This document shows positions 11,005-21,321 of a DNA stretch of 42,595 nt, one piece after another (position 1 is the first letter of the stretch; every line of letters begins with the position of its first letter). The stretch covers positions 1-42,595 of the forward strand of contig JANQHM010000064.1 of assembly GCA_028282645.1 (NCBI GenBank), given 5' to 3'. The position numbers and the translations under genes were made by a program. The stretch is from Candidatus Gastranaerophilales bacterium. Lineage in GTDB: Bacteria > Cyanobacteriota > Vampirovibrionia > Gastranaerophilales > JANQFW01. A model generated the notes under the pieces. The model made no database searches and had not been told where the DNA came from. It saw nothing but the letters and a program-made list of their open reading frames with translations.

Positions 11005-13878
11005 ATGAGTGAAGAACAAAAATTTGAATATAAAAACACTCTAAATTTACCTAAAACTAATTTTAAAATGCGTGCAAACGCTGCAGTAAAAGAGATTGAA
11101 ATTCAAAAATTCTGGAGCGAAAATAAAATTTATGAAAAAAGCGTGGAGCAAAGAGAAGATTCTCCCAAGTTCTTATTGCATGACGGTCCACCTTACCTTA
11201 GCTCCAACAAGATACATATTGGAACAGCCTTAAATAAAATTTTAAAGGATATAGTTATAAAATATAAAACACAAGCAGGTTTTTACAGTCCATATGTGCC
11301 CGGTTATGACGGACATGGCCTGCCAATAGAAAATGCTGTGGTAAAGTCAATCAAAGGCGGTAGAGAATCAGTCAGCCCACACGTTTTAAGAAAAAAATGC
11401 AGAGAATTTGCTCTTAAAAATTTAAAAGGCCAGGAAAAAGATTTTAGAAGACTGGGAGTCTGCGGAGATTGGGAGCACCCTTATATAACAATAAATCCTG
11501 AATTTGAAGCAACACAAATTAGAGTTTTTGGTCAAATGCACAAAAACGGCTATATTTATAAAGGTTTAAAACCTGTATACTGGTGTGCAGACTGTGAAAC
11601 AGCACTTGCTGAAGCAGAAGTTGAATATGCAGATCATACGTCTCATAGTATTTACGTGCGTTTCCAGCTGGAAGGCAAAAATGCTCTTAAAGCTTATGAA
11701 ATAGCAGAGCTAAATATGGATAATCCTCTATATATGGTTATCTGGACTACAACCCCATGGACATTACCTGCAAACCTTGCTATTGCAGTACATCCCAAAC
11801 TAGAATATGTTTTTGTACAAAAAATAGAGGAAAAAGAAGTTTATATAATTGCTAAGGATTTATTAGAAAGCTTTGCACAAGGTGTGAAATGGGAAGAAGA
11901 TTCTTATAAAATATTATATACAATGACAGGTGATAAGCTTGAATATCTAAAAGCAAAACACCCTTTATACGATAGAGATAGTTTAGTAATATTAGGGGAA
12001 CATGTAACCACAGAAGCAGGTACAGGAGCAGTTCATACAGCACCGGGTCACGGTCTTGAAGATTATGAAGTTGGAAATAAATATAAAATAGGTATTTTAT
12101 CTCCACTTACTGATAAAGGTATATTTACAGCTGAGGCCGGTAAGTTTGAAGGATTAGGATACAATAAAGCTAACAAAGTTATTGTAGAAGAATTAAAAGG
12201 ACTTGAAGCCTTATTGGGACACAGTGAAATACAGCACAGCTACCCTCACTGCTGGAGGTGCAAACATCCTGTTATTTACAGAGCAACAGAACAATGGTTT
12301 GTTGATGTAGAAGCCTTTAGGGATAAAGCCTTAAAAGCAATTGATGGTGTGCAATGGATACCTGCTAATAATCATCAAAGAATTTACAACATGGTAGAAT
12401 CCCGCTCTGATTGGTGTATAAGCAGACAAAGAGCGTGGGGAGTACCTATCCCGGTATTCTACTGTAAAGAATGTAAAGAAAGTATTATTACAGATGAAAC
12501 AATAAAAACAGTTGCTGATTTATTCGATAAAGAGTCGTCTGATGCGTGGACTAAATACTCGGCAGCGGAAATTTTTCCGAAAGGATTTAGCTGCCCTAAA
12601 TGCTTAAGCTCTGATATTAAGAAAGAAACAGACATAATGGATGTTTGGTTTGATAGTGGCATTACTCACGCAGCTGTTTTAGATGCAAGAAAAGATGAAT
12701 TAAAAGGCAGTCCCGCAGAAATGTATCTGGAAGGCTCTGACCAGCACAGAGGCTGGTTTCAGTCTTCGTTGCTTACAAGTATTTCCACAAAAGGAGAAGC
12801 TCCTTATAAGTCTGTATTAACACACGGCTTTGTACTTGACGGAAGCGGCCGTAAAATGAGCAAGAGTGTTGGAAATGTTGTTGATCCTCAAAATATTGTA
12901 AGTAAATACGGTGCAGATGTTTTAAGGCTATGGGTAGCCAGTGTTGACTACACTCATGACGTAAAGATCAGTGAAAATATAATTCAACAATTAGTGGAAA
13001 TTTATAAAAAAGTTAGAAATACCAGCAGATTCTTGCTGGGTAATCTTTTTGATTTTGATCCAGCTAGGGACAGCGTTGAATATTCGGACCTTTACGAGAT
13101 TGACAGATATGCTCTTCATAAATTGCAGATTCTTGTTCAAAAAGTAACAGAAGCATTTAATAATTATGAATTTTATAAATATTATCAGCTTTTACAAAAT
13201 TTTGCGGCTGTTGACTTAAGTTCTTTCTACCTGGATATTGTAAAAGACAGATTATATACAGCAGGTAAAAAATCTGTAAACAGAAGGGCATGTCAGACTG
13301 TACTTCACGAGATATTGCAGGTATTAACCAGGTTATTGGTTCCTGTAACTCCGCACCTTGCTGAGGATATTTGGATATACATACCGGAAGCCCAAAAAGG
13401 TAATGTGAAAAGTATTTTACTTACTGACTGGCCAAAAGTAAATGAAAAATATATTGATGGGTCTATTAATTCCAAGTGGAATGAGATTCTTAAATTAAGA
13501 GAAATAGTAACGAAAGCTATTGAACCTATCAGGGCTGATAAAAAAATCGGAAGCTCTCTTGAAACAGGTGTTTATATAGATGTAAAAAACAATATAACGT
13601 TAAAAGATACTTTAATATCCTCAAAACAAGACCTTGCAATGATATTTATTACATCTCAGGCCAATATTCTTGAAGATGGGCAAAGCATTGATAATGCACT
13701 TAATATATATGAAGAAGACAGTTATATCATATATGTGGTTGATTCTAAAGGTTATAAGTGTGAACGTTGCTGGAAGTTTTCTGAGACTATAGGCTCAAGC
13801 AAAAAGTACTCTACAATTTGTAATGATTGTATCGCTGCTATTCAAGGATTAGAAAACTTATATCTGTATAAAATATAA
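11005..13878 (+). CDS. ileS: isoleucine--tRNA ligase, type 1
   Basis: HDGPPY, WTTTPWT, GTGAVH, WCISRQR, KMSKS, C-terminal CERC...CNDC. Confidence 0.98.
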   Translation: MSEEQKFEYKNTLNLPKTNFKMRANAAVKEIEIQKFWSENKIYEKSVEQREDSPKFLLHDGPPYLSSNKIHIGTALNKILKDIVIKYKTQAGFYSPYVPGYDGHGLPIENAVVKSIKGGRESVSPHVLRKKCREFALKNLKGQEKDFRRLGVCGDWEHPYITINPEFEATQIRVFGQMHKNGYIYKGLKPVYWCADCETALAEAEVEYADHTSHSIYVRFQLEGKNALKAYEIAELNMDNPLYMVIWTTTPWTLPANLAIAVHPKLEYVFVQKIEEKEVYIIAKDLLESFAQGVKWEEDSYKILYTMTGDKLEYLKAKHPLYDRDSLVILGEHVTTEAGTGAVHTAPGHGLEDYEVGNKYKIGILSPLTDKGIFTAEAGKFEGLGYNKANKVIVEELKGLEALLGHSEIQHSYPHCWRCKHPVIYRATEQWFVDVEAFRDKALKAIDGVQWIPANNHQRIYNMVESRSDWCISRQRAWGVPIPVFYCKECKESIITDETIKTVADLFDKESSDAWTKYSAAEIFPKGFSCPKCLSSDIKKETDIMDVWFDSGITHAAVLDARKDELKGSPAEMYLEGSDQHRGWFQSSLLTSISTKGEAPYKSVLTHGFVLDGSGRKMSKSVGNVVDPQNIVSKYGADVLRLWVASVDYTHDVKISENIIQQLVEIYKKVRNTSRFLLGNLFDFDPARDSVEYSDLYEIDRYALHKLQILVQKVTEAFNNYEFYKYYQLLQNFAAVDLSSFYLDIVKDRLYTAGKKSVNRRACQTVLHEILQVLTRLLVPVTPHLAEDIWIYIPEAQKGNVKSILLTDWPKVNEKYIDGSINSKWNEILKLREIVTKAIEPIRADKKIGSSLETGVYIDVKNNITLKDTLISSKQDLAMIFITSQANILEDGQSIDNALNIYEEDSYIIYVVDSKGYKCERCWKFSETIGSSKKYSTICNDCIAAIQGLENLYLYKI

Positions 13879-13918
13879 CCATCAATAGTGATACGCAAAA
13901 ATTCATATATAAATAATT

Positions 13919-13951
13919 AAAAGGAATTGCCTAATGTAAGCAGTTCCTTTT
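13919..13951 (+). terminator. intrinsic terminator after ileS
   Basis: AAAAGGAATTGC-N9-GCAGTTCCTTTT. Confidence 0.8.
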
Positions 13952-14038
13952 ATAATTATATTGATTTTATTATATTTTTATAAAAATAATTTAATTATAA
14001 AATAAAAAGATATATAGGAATTTATACTGGAGTAAATT

Positions 14039-15568
14039 ATGGAAGAGTTACAAACAAATATTTCTGAAGAAATTAAAGAATTTAACTTTAAACAAAAGAT
14101 TTTCAGAAAAAAAACACCTGAGCAACTTGTAGAAAAAGCAGACCAAACAGGTCTAAAAAGAAATTTATCAGCTATAGACTTAATTATACTTGGCGTTGGG
14201 GCTGTAATAGGAGCTGGAATATTTACGCTTTCGGGTACTGCCGCAGCCGGTAGTGCCGGCCACCTGGGAGCAGGACCGGGGCTGGTGGTATCCTTTTTAA
14301 TCGCAGCTATAGCATGCTCACTTGCAGCATTAAGCTACTCTGAGCTGGCATCAATGATACCGGTAGCAGGCAGTGCTTATGCATATACATTTGCTACTAT
14401 AGGAGAATTATTTGCCTGGCTTATGGGCTGGATTCTAATACTTGAATATATAGTAGGAAGTATTGTTGTAGCTTGCGGATGGTCAGGATACTTTATACAA
14501 ACACTAAAAGGTATGAGCGGTATATTGCCGGCATGGCTGGTAGATCCTCCTTTATGGCTTATCTATGATTATTGGACAGCAGCAGCCAAATATCAGGAAC
14601 AAGGTCTTAATCCTGCAGAGCATATACCTAATATAGGAGGATTAAGTATTTGTTTAAACTTGCCCGCAATGATCATAGTGGTTATAATGACTACTATCCT
14701 TTATATTGGTATAAAAGAAAGTACCAGGTTTGCTACAGCAATGGTAATAACTAAACTAGCAGTTATTTTAGCCTTTATAGGGGTTGGCGCGTTTTATGTT
14801 AAACCCGAAAACTGGACTCCATTCTTTCCTAATGGTTGGCAAGGTGTAGCAGCAGGTGCTTTTTTGGTATTTGTTGCATATATAGGATTTGATGCAGTAT
14901 CTACAGCAGCAGAAGAAACTAAAAATCCTCAAAAAAATTTGCCAATAGGACTTATAGGGACATTAATCATTTGTTCTCTTCTATATATATCAGTATCTGC
15001 AGTGCTTACAGGCATGGTACCCTGGAATAGCATAGATACACATGCCCCTGTTGCGGTTGCACTCACAAATGTTAATCAAAATATGATAGCAGGCTTAATA
15101 TCTACAGGAGCGGTTGCAGGCTTGACATCAGTGCTGCTTGTAATGCAAATGGGCGGGTCAAGAGTTTTATTTGCGATGTCCCGAGATAAATTGCTACCTC
15201 CCAGCCTTGCAAAAGTACATAAAAAATTTAAAACTCCTCATGTTATTACTCTGGCAACAGGTATACTTATAGCCTTAGGTACAATAGTTCTTGATATTAA
15301 TAGGGCGGCTGAACTTTGTAATATAGGTACATTAACAGCATTTATGATGGTATGCATTGCAGTATTAGTTTTAAGAATAAAAGAGCCCAACAGAAAACGA
15401 GCATTTAAAGTGCCTTATGCATATGTAACATGTCCTTTAGGCGCACTGATATGCTTTTCTCTAATTTACATGGGCATGCCTGTGCTTACCTTAATTGTAT
15501 TTGGCATATGGGTAACACTTGGAATAATTTTATATTTTAGTTATGGTTTTTTAAAGGCTCACGACTAA
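14039..15568 (+). CDS. APC-family amino acid permease (cationic amino acid transporter-like)
   Basis: GAVIGAGIF, YSELAS, AGSAY, YIGFDAVSTAAEETKNP; many transmembrane segments. Confidence 0.93.
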   Translation: MEELQTNISEEIKEFNFKQKIFRKKTPEQLVEKADQTGLKRNLSAIDLIILGVGAVIGAGIFTLSGTAAAGSAGHLGAGPGLVVSFLIAAIACSLAALSYSELASMIPVAGSAYAYTFATIGELFAWLMGWILILEYIVGSIVVACGWSGYFIQTLKGMSGILPAWLVDPPLWLIYDYWTAAAKYQEQGLNPAEHIPNIGGLSICLNLPAMIIVVIMTTILYIGIKESTRFATAMVITKLAVILAFIGVGAFYVKPENWTPFFPNGWQGVAAGAFLVFVAYIGFDAVSTAAEETKNPQKNLPIGLIGTLIICSLLYISVSAVLTGMVPWNSIDTHAPVAVALTNVNQNMIAGLISTGAVAGLTSVLLVMQMGGSRVLFAMSRDKLLPPSLAKVHKKFKTPHVITLATGILIALGTIVLDINRAAELCNIGTLTAFMMVCIAVLVLRIKEPNRKRAFKVPYAYVTCPLGALICFSLIYMGMPVLTLIVFGIWVTLGIILYFSYGFLKAHD

Positions 15569-15593
15569 CTCGAATTATTTATTCAGGTTCGTT

Positions 15594-15696
15594 TATACTA
15601 ACTCAAAAATACTTTTCAGATTATTTAATCAGGTAAAAACTAATAAAATAAGCTTATTCAAAAGAGAAATCTGAAATTCAATTTGGAACCTGTATA
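15594..15696 (-). mobile_element. MITE, internally deleted, 103 bp
   Basis: TATACTAACTCAAAAATACTTTTCAGATT ... ATCTGAAATTCAATTTGGAACCTGTATA. Confidence 0.85.
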
Positions 15697-15724
15697 AAAT
15701 TAAAATTTTAGATTTCTCTTTATT

Positions 15725-15940
15725 TTATGCTGGATTTGCATCTTTAAAGTTTTTCTTTGCTTTAATTATGTTGACTTTATTAATACCCATAAGATTCATA
15801 GCGTTCCAAACAGCATCAACTGTCATAGATAGTTCCTGTATGTCTCTTTCTACGTCATTACCATTCATATCGCTGTATTTATCAACTAATGCGACATCGA
15901 TATAGTCAAATGCCCCAATTTTTTTGTCCATAGCTTTCAC
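15725..15940 (-). CDS. small hypothetical protein between two MITEs
   Basis: 71-aa ORF with protein-like composition; weak RBS; no recognised motif. Confidence 0.5.
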   Translation of the reverse strand: MKAMDKKIGAFDYIDVALVDKYSDMNGNDVERDIQELSMTVDAVWNAMNLMGINKVNIIKAKKNFKDANPA

Positions 15941-15953
15941 TCTATTAATTGTT

Positions 15954-16120
15954 TATACTGCTTCAATAATAAATTTTAGATTACTCTTTTGAATGAGCTT
16001 ATAAAAAGTAAAATTGACCATTTCATTTTTTAACGTTTCCGCTTTGCAATTCAGAAAATAGCTTATTTTATAAGCTTTAACACGATTAAATAATCTGAAA
16101 AGTATTTTTGAGTTAGTATA
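15954..16120 (+). mobile_element. full-length MITE, 167 bp
   Basis: TATACTGCTTC... to ...AATCTGAAAAGTATTTTTGAGTTAGTATA; shares internal AAAATTGACCATTTCA and GCAATTCAGA with the 10801 copy. Confidence 0.85.
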
Positions 16121-16202
16121 GTAAAGTATCTTGTATATATATAAAGTTAAAAAAAATAAATAAATTGCTATGAAATGTTGGTATTTCTATGTAAGAGAAT
16201 GT

Positions 16203-17567
16203 TTAAGACAAATATCCCAGTGATATCGTTACTAATGAAAAGTAAATAGCCAATCCTAAAACATCGATAGTAGTTGCTATAAAAGGTCCACTAGCTACAG
16301 CAGGATCAATATTAAACCGTTTAAGTGCAAAAGGTGTAACAGTACCTAGTAATGCAGCTAGTGTCATATTTATAATCATTGCAAGCCCTACAACAATTCC
16401 CAGTACATAATTACCTTTCCATAAGTAAGTTGTTAAAGCAACAATAACACCGAAAAACAATCCGATCAATAAACCTATTCTTAATTCCCTAAACACATGA
16501 TAGATAGAAGAACCCAGTGATATTTGGCCTGTTGAAAGGCCTCTTACAATGATTGTTATACTTTGGGTACCTATATTACCTCCCAGCCCGGCAAGTAAAG
16601 GCATAAAAATGGCTATAACGGGAAGTGCTTCAAGCGTGTAGTTAAAGTGATTTGCGACATTAACAGCAACAAATTCTCCAATGAGTGTTATAAATAACCA
16701 GGGCGTACGTGCTTTAACCGATTGACTTATCTTTCCTACGAGGATTTCATCTTCGTCAATATCTGTAGAAATACCTGATGATGCATAAATATCTTCCGTT
16801 GTCTCTTCTTCTGATACTTCCTGGGCATCATCCCAAGTAATAATACCCTTTAATTTATTGTAGTCATCTACTACGGGAATTGCCAGGAATCCGTACTTTA
16901 TTAGTGTATCCGCTACAGTTTCCTGATCATCTCCAACATTTACCTTTATTACATCTGTTGCCATTATTTCTTCCACTTTTATGCGAGGTAAAGAGGTGAT
17001 TAGTTTTCTTAAGCTTAAAACACCTCTTAAGTGATTAGTTTTGTCCACAACATAAATATAATAAAAATCAACACGGTCACTTTCTGCCATTTTACGTACA
17101 TAGTCAAGTGTGTCCTCTACAGTCATTGCCTCATTGACCCTTAAGACTTCGGAGTTCATTAATCCGCCCGCGGATTCTTCGTTGTAGCTTAAAAGTTCTC
17201 TGATTTGTGAAGATACGCGACTTGGCAATTTGGCAAGGTATGATTCTGACTCTGTATCCGATAAATCTGCCAGAAAATCTGCCACTGAATCGTGCGGCAT
17301 GTGTAGAATAATTCTTGCGGCTTTATCATGGGGAATTGAGTCTAATAATTCGACTTGTATTTGAGGATTGAGTTCCTCCAATAAGTCTGCGGCTTTATCT
17401 TCCTGTAGCAGCTCAAAATACTCCGGCCTTTCCTCGGAAGATAAAAGCGGAAAAAGCTCTGATAAATCGGCATAGTGAATATTATTCAGTTCTTTAACAA
17501 GTTCTTGTTTGTCACCGGATTTTGCTGCATTTTTTAACTTTTCTAATATTATTGATGTATCAATCAA
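16203..17567 (-). CDS. mgtE: magnesium transporter MgtE
   Basis: N domain, CBS pair (SAGGLM), GGNIGTQS, DPAVASGPFIATTID. Confidence 0.96.
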   Translation of the reverse strand: MIDTSIILEKLKNAAKSGDKQELVKELNNIHYADLSELFPLLSSEERPEYFELLQEDKAADLLEELNPQIQVELLDSIPHDKAARIILHMPHDSVADFLADLSDTESESYLAKLPSRVSSQIRELLSYNEESAGGLMNSEVLRVNEAMTVEDTLDYVRKMAESDRVDFYYIYVVDKTNHLRGVLSLRKLITSLPRIKVEEIMATDVIKVNVGDDQETVADTLIKYGFLAIPVVDDYNKLKGIITWDDAQEVSEEETTEDIYASSGISTDIDEDEILVGKISQSVKARTPWLFITLIGEFVAVNVANHFNYTLEALPVIAIFMPLLAGLGGNIGTQSITIIVRGLSTGQISLGSSIYHVFRELRIGLLIGLFFGVIVALTTYLWKGNYVLGIVVGLAMIINMTLAALLGTVTPFALKRFNIDPAVASGPFIATTIDVLGLAIYFSLVTISLGYLS

Positions 17568-17651
17568 AACCCCGCCCTTTATAAAGAGGTAATATAAATA
17601 TATAAAGTAATTTTAGCCAAATCATAATTTAAAAGCAAAATAAAACTAAAC

Positions 17652-19493
17652 TCAATTATTTGTAAAAATTCGAGCTTTTAATGATTCTATATATTCATTT
17701 TTTAGATGAGCATTGTCAAATAATACAATCCCCTGCCCCCCTGCTTCTCTTATTGCTTCAATTTGTTTTAACATATCAATGGGAGAAGAAGACGTAAAAG
17801 GCTCAAATAAGCCCGGGTAAATATTAACAGGCCTGTTAAACTGTTGTTTTATTTCTTTAACGTATTTATATGCTATTTTTTCATTATTATTCATAATTAA
17901 AGGTGTAAATGCATCAACAAATCCGTAATCACCCCAGGTTTTCCAGTTTTGCATCTTAATATGAGAGCTTTTTATTAAATTTGGGAAAATAACTGTGGAG
18001 ATCATTATATTTTTATTATTGGTAATTAATTTTAGGTTAAAAACAAAGTTATTTATTTTATTTTGTCTGTAAAGCATCCAATAAGTCCATAACAGATGGC
18101 TATGATCGATATTCATCGGGTCTATGCCATACATGTTCTCAAATTCTTTTCGTGCATATCTGGTATAACCCCAGGTAGAATTAAGAAAATTTGGAAAATT
18201 CATGGCTAAACTCGAAGGATATCTTATATAATCTACGTTTAGACCGTCTATATTATAATTATTAGTAATTTCTTGTATTAAAGTGCATAAAAATCTTTGT
18301 ACCTGAGGGTTAGCCGGATCAAGAAAATAACCGGAATGTTCGGCCAAAGAAGGCATTGGCTGAACTGAACCTATGTTTTTTCTTTGAACATTTGCCCAGT
18401 TGGGATAAAGAGATAAAATATGCTTAGGATTTTTTGACGGATTTTGGTTGCCTACATAAAAAGTTTGAAACCACGTATGAACTTTCATGTTTCTTTTATG
18501 GGCTTCTTCTATCCATACTTTTAAAGGATCCCAGCCCATAAATTCTTTTCTTTGAGTTGTCAGGTTATAGTGAGCCATTGTTGTGCTTGGAAAAATTGTG
18601 GTTCCTTGATAATAAGTTTCCAGAAAAATATTTTCTATGCCCATATCTTTTAGCTTTTCAAGCGTTAAGATTATGTCTTGGCTTGTTTTTTCAACAGGTC
18701 TGATCCATACACCATGAAACTCATCAGGTTTAGCAGGTATTGAGTAATAAATAGCTTGATTTGCATAGCTTGAAGCTATAGAGCTTAATTGTCGGGCTTT
18801 TTTATAATGTTTTTTTCTTAAATTACTTTTTGCTCTTTTTAAATTTTTCTGCGCTGTTATTAATCTTTCTTTTGCTATTGTTGATTTTTCTGACTTATTA
18901 GATCGATAATATTTATCATAAGATGTTTTTGCTATATTTACCAGTTGTTGAGCCTTAAATAAATAGCTCTCCGGAATTATTGATACCTCAAGCGTCTTTG
19001 TATTTTTATTTATATTTACTATAGCTCCTTCTATTATGTTCTGATTAATCCATTTTTTTGCCTTGCCGTGAGCACTTATTACAAAACCGTTTTGTGGAAT
19101 AAAAGAATCGGAACTGCTTGTTTTAACTGCTGTATTATTTTCTACAATAACTTCTATACCGTATTCATTGGTTAAAGTAGATTGTCCAAAGTCTTTTGTA
19201 TATATAATAAGCTGATTTGCTCCGCGATAGCCGGGATAATGACTGCCTGAAGGGTTATTATCCTTATTGGGATTGATTGCGCTTATGCGATATTTTGAAT
19301 TGGAAAGGTAGCTTGTTTTTTTTGCAACCTGAACAGTATTAGTATTATCAAGTGTTTTTGGCGGGTTTAATTTTAGTTTAAAAGGCTTGTCTGACAGATT
19401 ATTTAAATCTATAGCATTATTAGACTCAGCAAATGATTGATTAGTTAGAAAAATAAATAATATTAATAATGCTGTTAAAAGTTTATTTATCAT
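17652..19493 (-). CDS. exported glycosyl hydrolase-like 10 (DUF187/YddW-like) protein
   Basis: Signal peptide; EFHGVW, DPL...EAHKRNMKVHTW, FLDPANP, DGLNVDYIRYP. Confidence 0.88.
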   Translation of the reverse strand: MINKLLTALLILFIFLTNQSFAESNNAIDLNNLSDKPFKLKLNPPKTLDNTNTVQVAKKTSYLSNSKYRISAINPNKDNNPSGSHYPGYRGANQLIIYTKDFGQSTLTNEYGIEVIVENNTAVKTSSSDSFIPQNGFVISAHGKAKKWINQNIIEGAIVNINKNTKTLEVSIIPESYLFKAQQLVNIAKTSYDKYYRSNKSEKSTIAKERLITAQKNLKRAKSNLRKKHYKKARQLSSIASSYANQAIYYSIPAKPDEFHGVWIRPVEKTSQDIILTLEKLKDMGIENIFLETYYQGTTIFPSTTMAHYNLTTQRKEFMGWDPLKVWIEEAHKRNMKVHTWFQTFYVGNQNPSKNPKHILSLYPNWANVQRKNIGSVQPMPSLAEHSGYFLDPANPQVQRFLCTLIQEITNNYNIDGLNVDYIRYPSSLAMNFPNFLNSTWGYTRYARKEFENMYGIDPMNIDHSHLLWTYWMLYRQNKINNFVFNLKLITNNKNIMISTVIFPNLIKSSHIKMQNWKTWGDYGFVDAFTPLIMNNNEKIAYKYVKEIKQQFNRPVNIYPGLFEPFTSSSPIDMLKQIEAIREAGGQGIVLFDNAHLKNEYIESLKARIFTNN

Positions 19494-19510
19494 AGTTTTT
19501 ACTCCGAAGT

Positions 19511-20302
19511 TTACTGACAGGACTTTATTATATTCATCATTTTATCTTGAATTTTGCCATTAGAGGCTAGTACAGTTTTATTGTACATATCAAAATCTTC
19601 AGAGTCAAAATTTGTAACTTTTCCGCCGGCTTCTCGAATAATACAAATGCCTGCTGCTGTATCCCAGGGAGATAAGCCCAGTTCCCAAAATCCGTCTAAT
19701 CTTCCGCAGGCTATGTAGCATAAATCAAGTGCGGCTGCGCCGGGTCTTCTTATGGCCTGAGCCTCGAAAAGAAATTTTGTAAAGTATTTTAAATTTTCCT
19801 GGCCCAGTCCTGTTTTTATATAAGGAAATCCTGTGGCCAGCAAGCTTTGTCTAAGATTATCCGTTGAGCTTACTTGTATTGGCTTATCGTTTAAAAATGA
19901 GCCGTTTCCCTTTGTTGCACCGAACAGCTCATCTTTGAAGGAGTCGTATACTACGCCCAGATAGTATTCATTTTTGTAAACAAGCCCGATTGATACTGCA
20001 AAGTGCGGAAAATTATGGGTGTAATTTGTTGTTCCGTCAATTGGGTCAATTACCCATACATAATCTGAGTCCCGGGTTTGATGTTTACCGCTTTCTTCAC
20101 ATAAAATAGAGTGGTCCGGAAAGTTTTTCGATAATATGGAAATTATTTTTTCTTCAGACATTTTGTCTACATTTGTGACAAGATCGAATTCATTGCTTTT
20201 TTGAGAGATATCTTTTTCTTTTTCGTAATGTTTTAAATGAATTTTGCCTGCTTCGTAGGCGGCAAGTTTTGCTATATCTAGTAACTTTTGTGTTTCTTGC
20301 AT
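19511..20302 (-). CDS. suhB: inositol monophosphatase family protein
   Basis: DLVT, CEES, WVIDPIDGTTNY, WDTAAG. Confidence 0.93.
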   Translation of the reverse strand: MQETQKLLDIAKLAAYEAGKIHLKHYEKEKDISQKSNEFDLVTNVDKMSEEKIISILSKNFPDHSILCEESGKHQTRDSDYVWVIDPIDGTTNYTHNFPHFAVSIGLVYKNEYYLGVVYDSFKDELFGATKGNGSFLNDKPIQVSSTDNLRQSLLATGFPYIKTGLGQENLKYFTKFLFEAQAIRRPGAAALDLCYIACGRLDGFWELGLSPWDTAAGICIIREAGGKVTNFDSEDFDMYNKTVLASNGKIQDKMMNIIKSCQ

Positions 20303-20468
20303 TTTATTACTCCCAAATTATGTCTAATTTTACTCTTTTTTTAAATTTTAATTTTAAAATAAAAATAATAAAAATAAAATAAAAAACAATAAAACAACAG
20401 AAAGCACTTAATAAAATTTTGTGAAATAATAAGAGATAGTATATTGTAGGTGATAAAAAATTTTCACC

Positions 20469-20536
20469 TTACTTAACTCCAAAATATTTTTTAGATTATT
20501 CAAGAGTAATCAGAAATTTAGTTGAAGACCTGTATA
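20469..20536 (-). mobile_element. minimal MITE (little more than two TIRs)
   Basis: TAACTCCAAAATATTTTTTAGATT joined to AGAGTAATCAGAAATTTAGTTGAAGACCTGTATA. Confidence 0.7.
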
Positions 20537-20548
20537 AAAGAGGCGAAA

Positions 20549-20905
20549 ATGTTTGAAGTAAAAGTAGAAGGCCATTTTTCCGCGGCACATCATTTATTAA
20601 ACTACGAAGGTAACTGCGAAAATCAGCACGGCCACAACTGGAAAGTTGAAATTTATGCGCAAGGCGAGCAATTAAACGAGTCTAATATTCTTATTGATTT
20701 TAAAATTTTAAAAAGAGAATTAAATAAAATACTTGACAGGCTGGATCACAAAGATATAAACGAGTTACCGGAGTTTAAAAACGTTAGTCCAAGCAGTGAA
20801 ATAATTGCAAAGTATATTTATCAACAACTAAAAAAAGAAATACCTCAGTTATCAAAAGTCTGTGTGTGGGAAACAGAAAAAGCACGCGCCGGTTACTGGG
20901 AATAA
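20549..20905 (+). CDS. queD: 6-carboxytetrahydropterin synthase (start revised from 20522)
   Basis: FSAAH, CxxxHGH, DFK, LDH, PSSE, WET; GAGG before ATG 20549. Confidence 0.93.
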   Translation: MFEVKVEGHFSAAHHLLNYEGNCENQHGHNWKVEIYAQGEQLNESNILIDFKILKRELNKILDRLDHKDINELPEFKNVSPSSEIIAKYIYQQLKKEIPQLSKVCVWETEKARAGYWE

Positions 20906-20988
20906 AAGTATTTTCGCAATTAGTATATTAAATTTTTCTTAATAAAAGCACTAAAAGTTTAGTTTTTATGGTTTAATATACATGGGTG

Positions 20989-21017
20989 TTTACATATTTT
21001 AAAGAAAATATTATAAT
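20989..21017 (+). promoter_or_regulatory. sigma70-type promoter
   Basis: TTTACA-N17-TATAAT. Confidence 0.7.
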
Positions 21018-21051
21018 AACCCGGAGTAGGAAGAAATGTTGGAGAAGCAAG

Positions 21052-21321
21052 ATGTCATTAGTAGGATTAGTAATGTTCAGAAACTGGGCTATGAATACCA
21101 GACTCAATTCAGCTGCTAATATTATGAACGCAAATCAAGCATTAACAAATGCAGCTGGTAACTCCAATTTGAGCTTTGGTTCAGCTCATGCACTTGATAA
21201 AAAATTAATGGCGGACAAAGCAACAAACGGCTTGCTATACAAAGCCTCCTGTGCAATGGAAGAGTCTGCAAAGAAGCAATTGGACAAAGAGATCAAAAGG
21301 TCTTTTAGTATTTTTGCATAA
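21052..21321 (+). CDS. 89-aa Ala/Asn-rich hypothetical protein (start revised from 20986)
   Basis: Own promoter, GGAG RBS 7 nt before ATG 21052, own terminator. Confidence 0.8.
   Translation: MSLVGLVMFRNWAMNTRLNSAANIMNANQALTNAAGNSNLSFGSAHALDKKLMADKATNGLLYKASCAMEESAKKQLDKEIKRSFSIFA

Noticed and set aside
20400-20548. preQ1 riboswitch before queD
   Set aside because: No matching stem or A-rich pseudoknot tail; the region is a palindrome plus a MITE. The AGAGGTT at 27521 belongs to a terminator.
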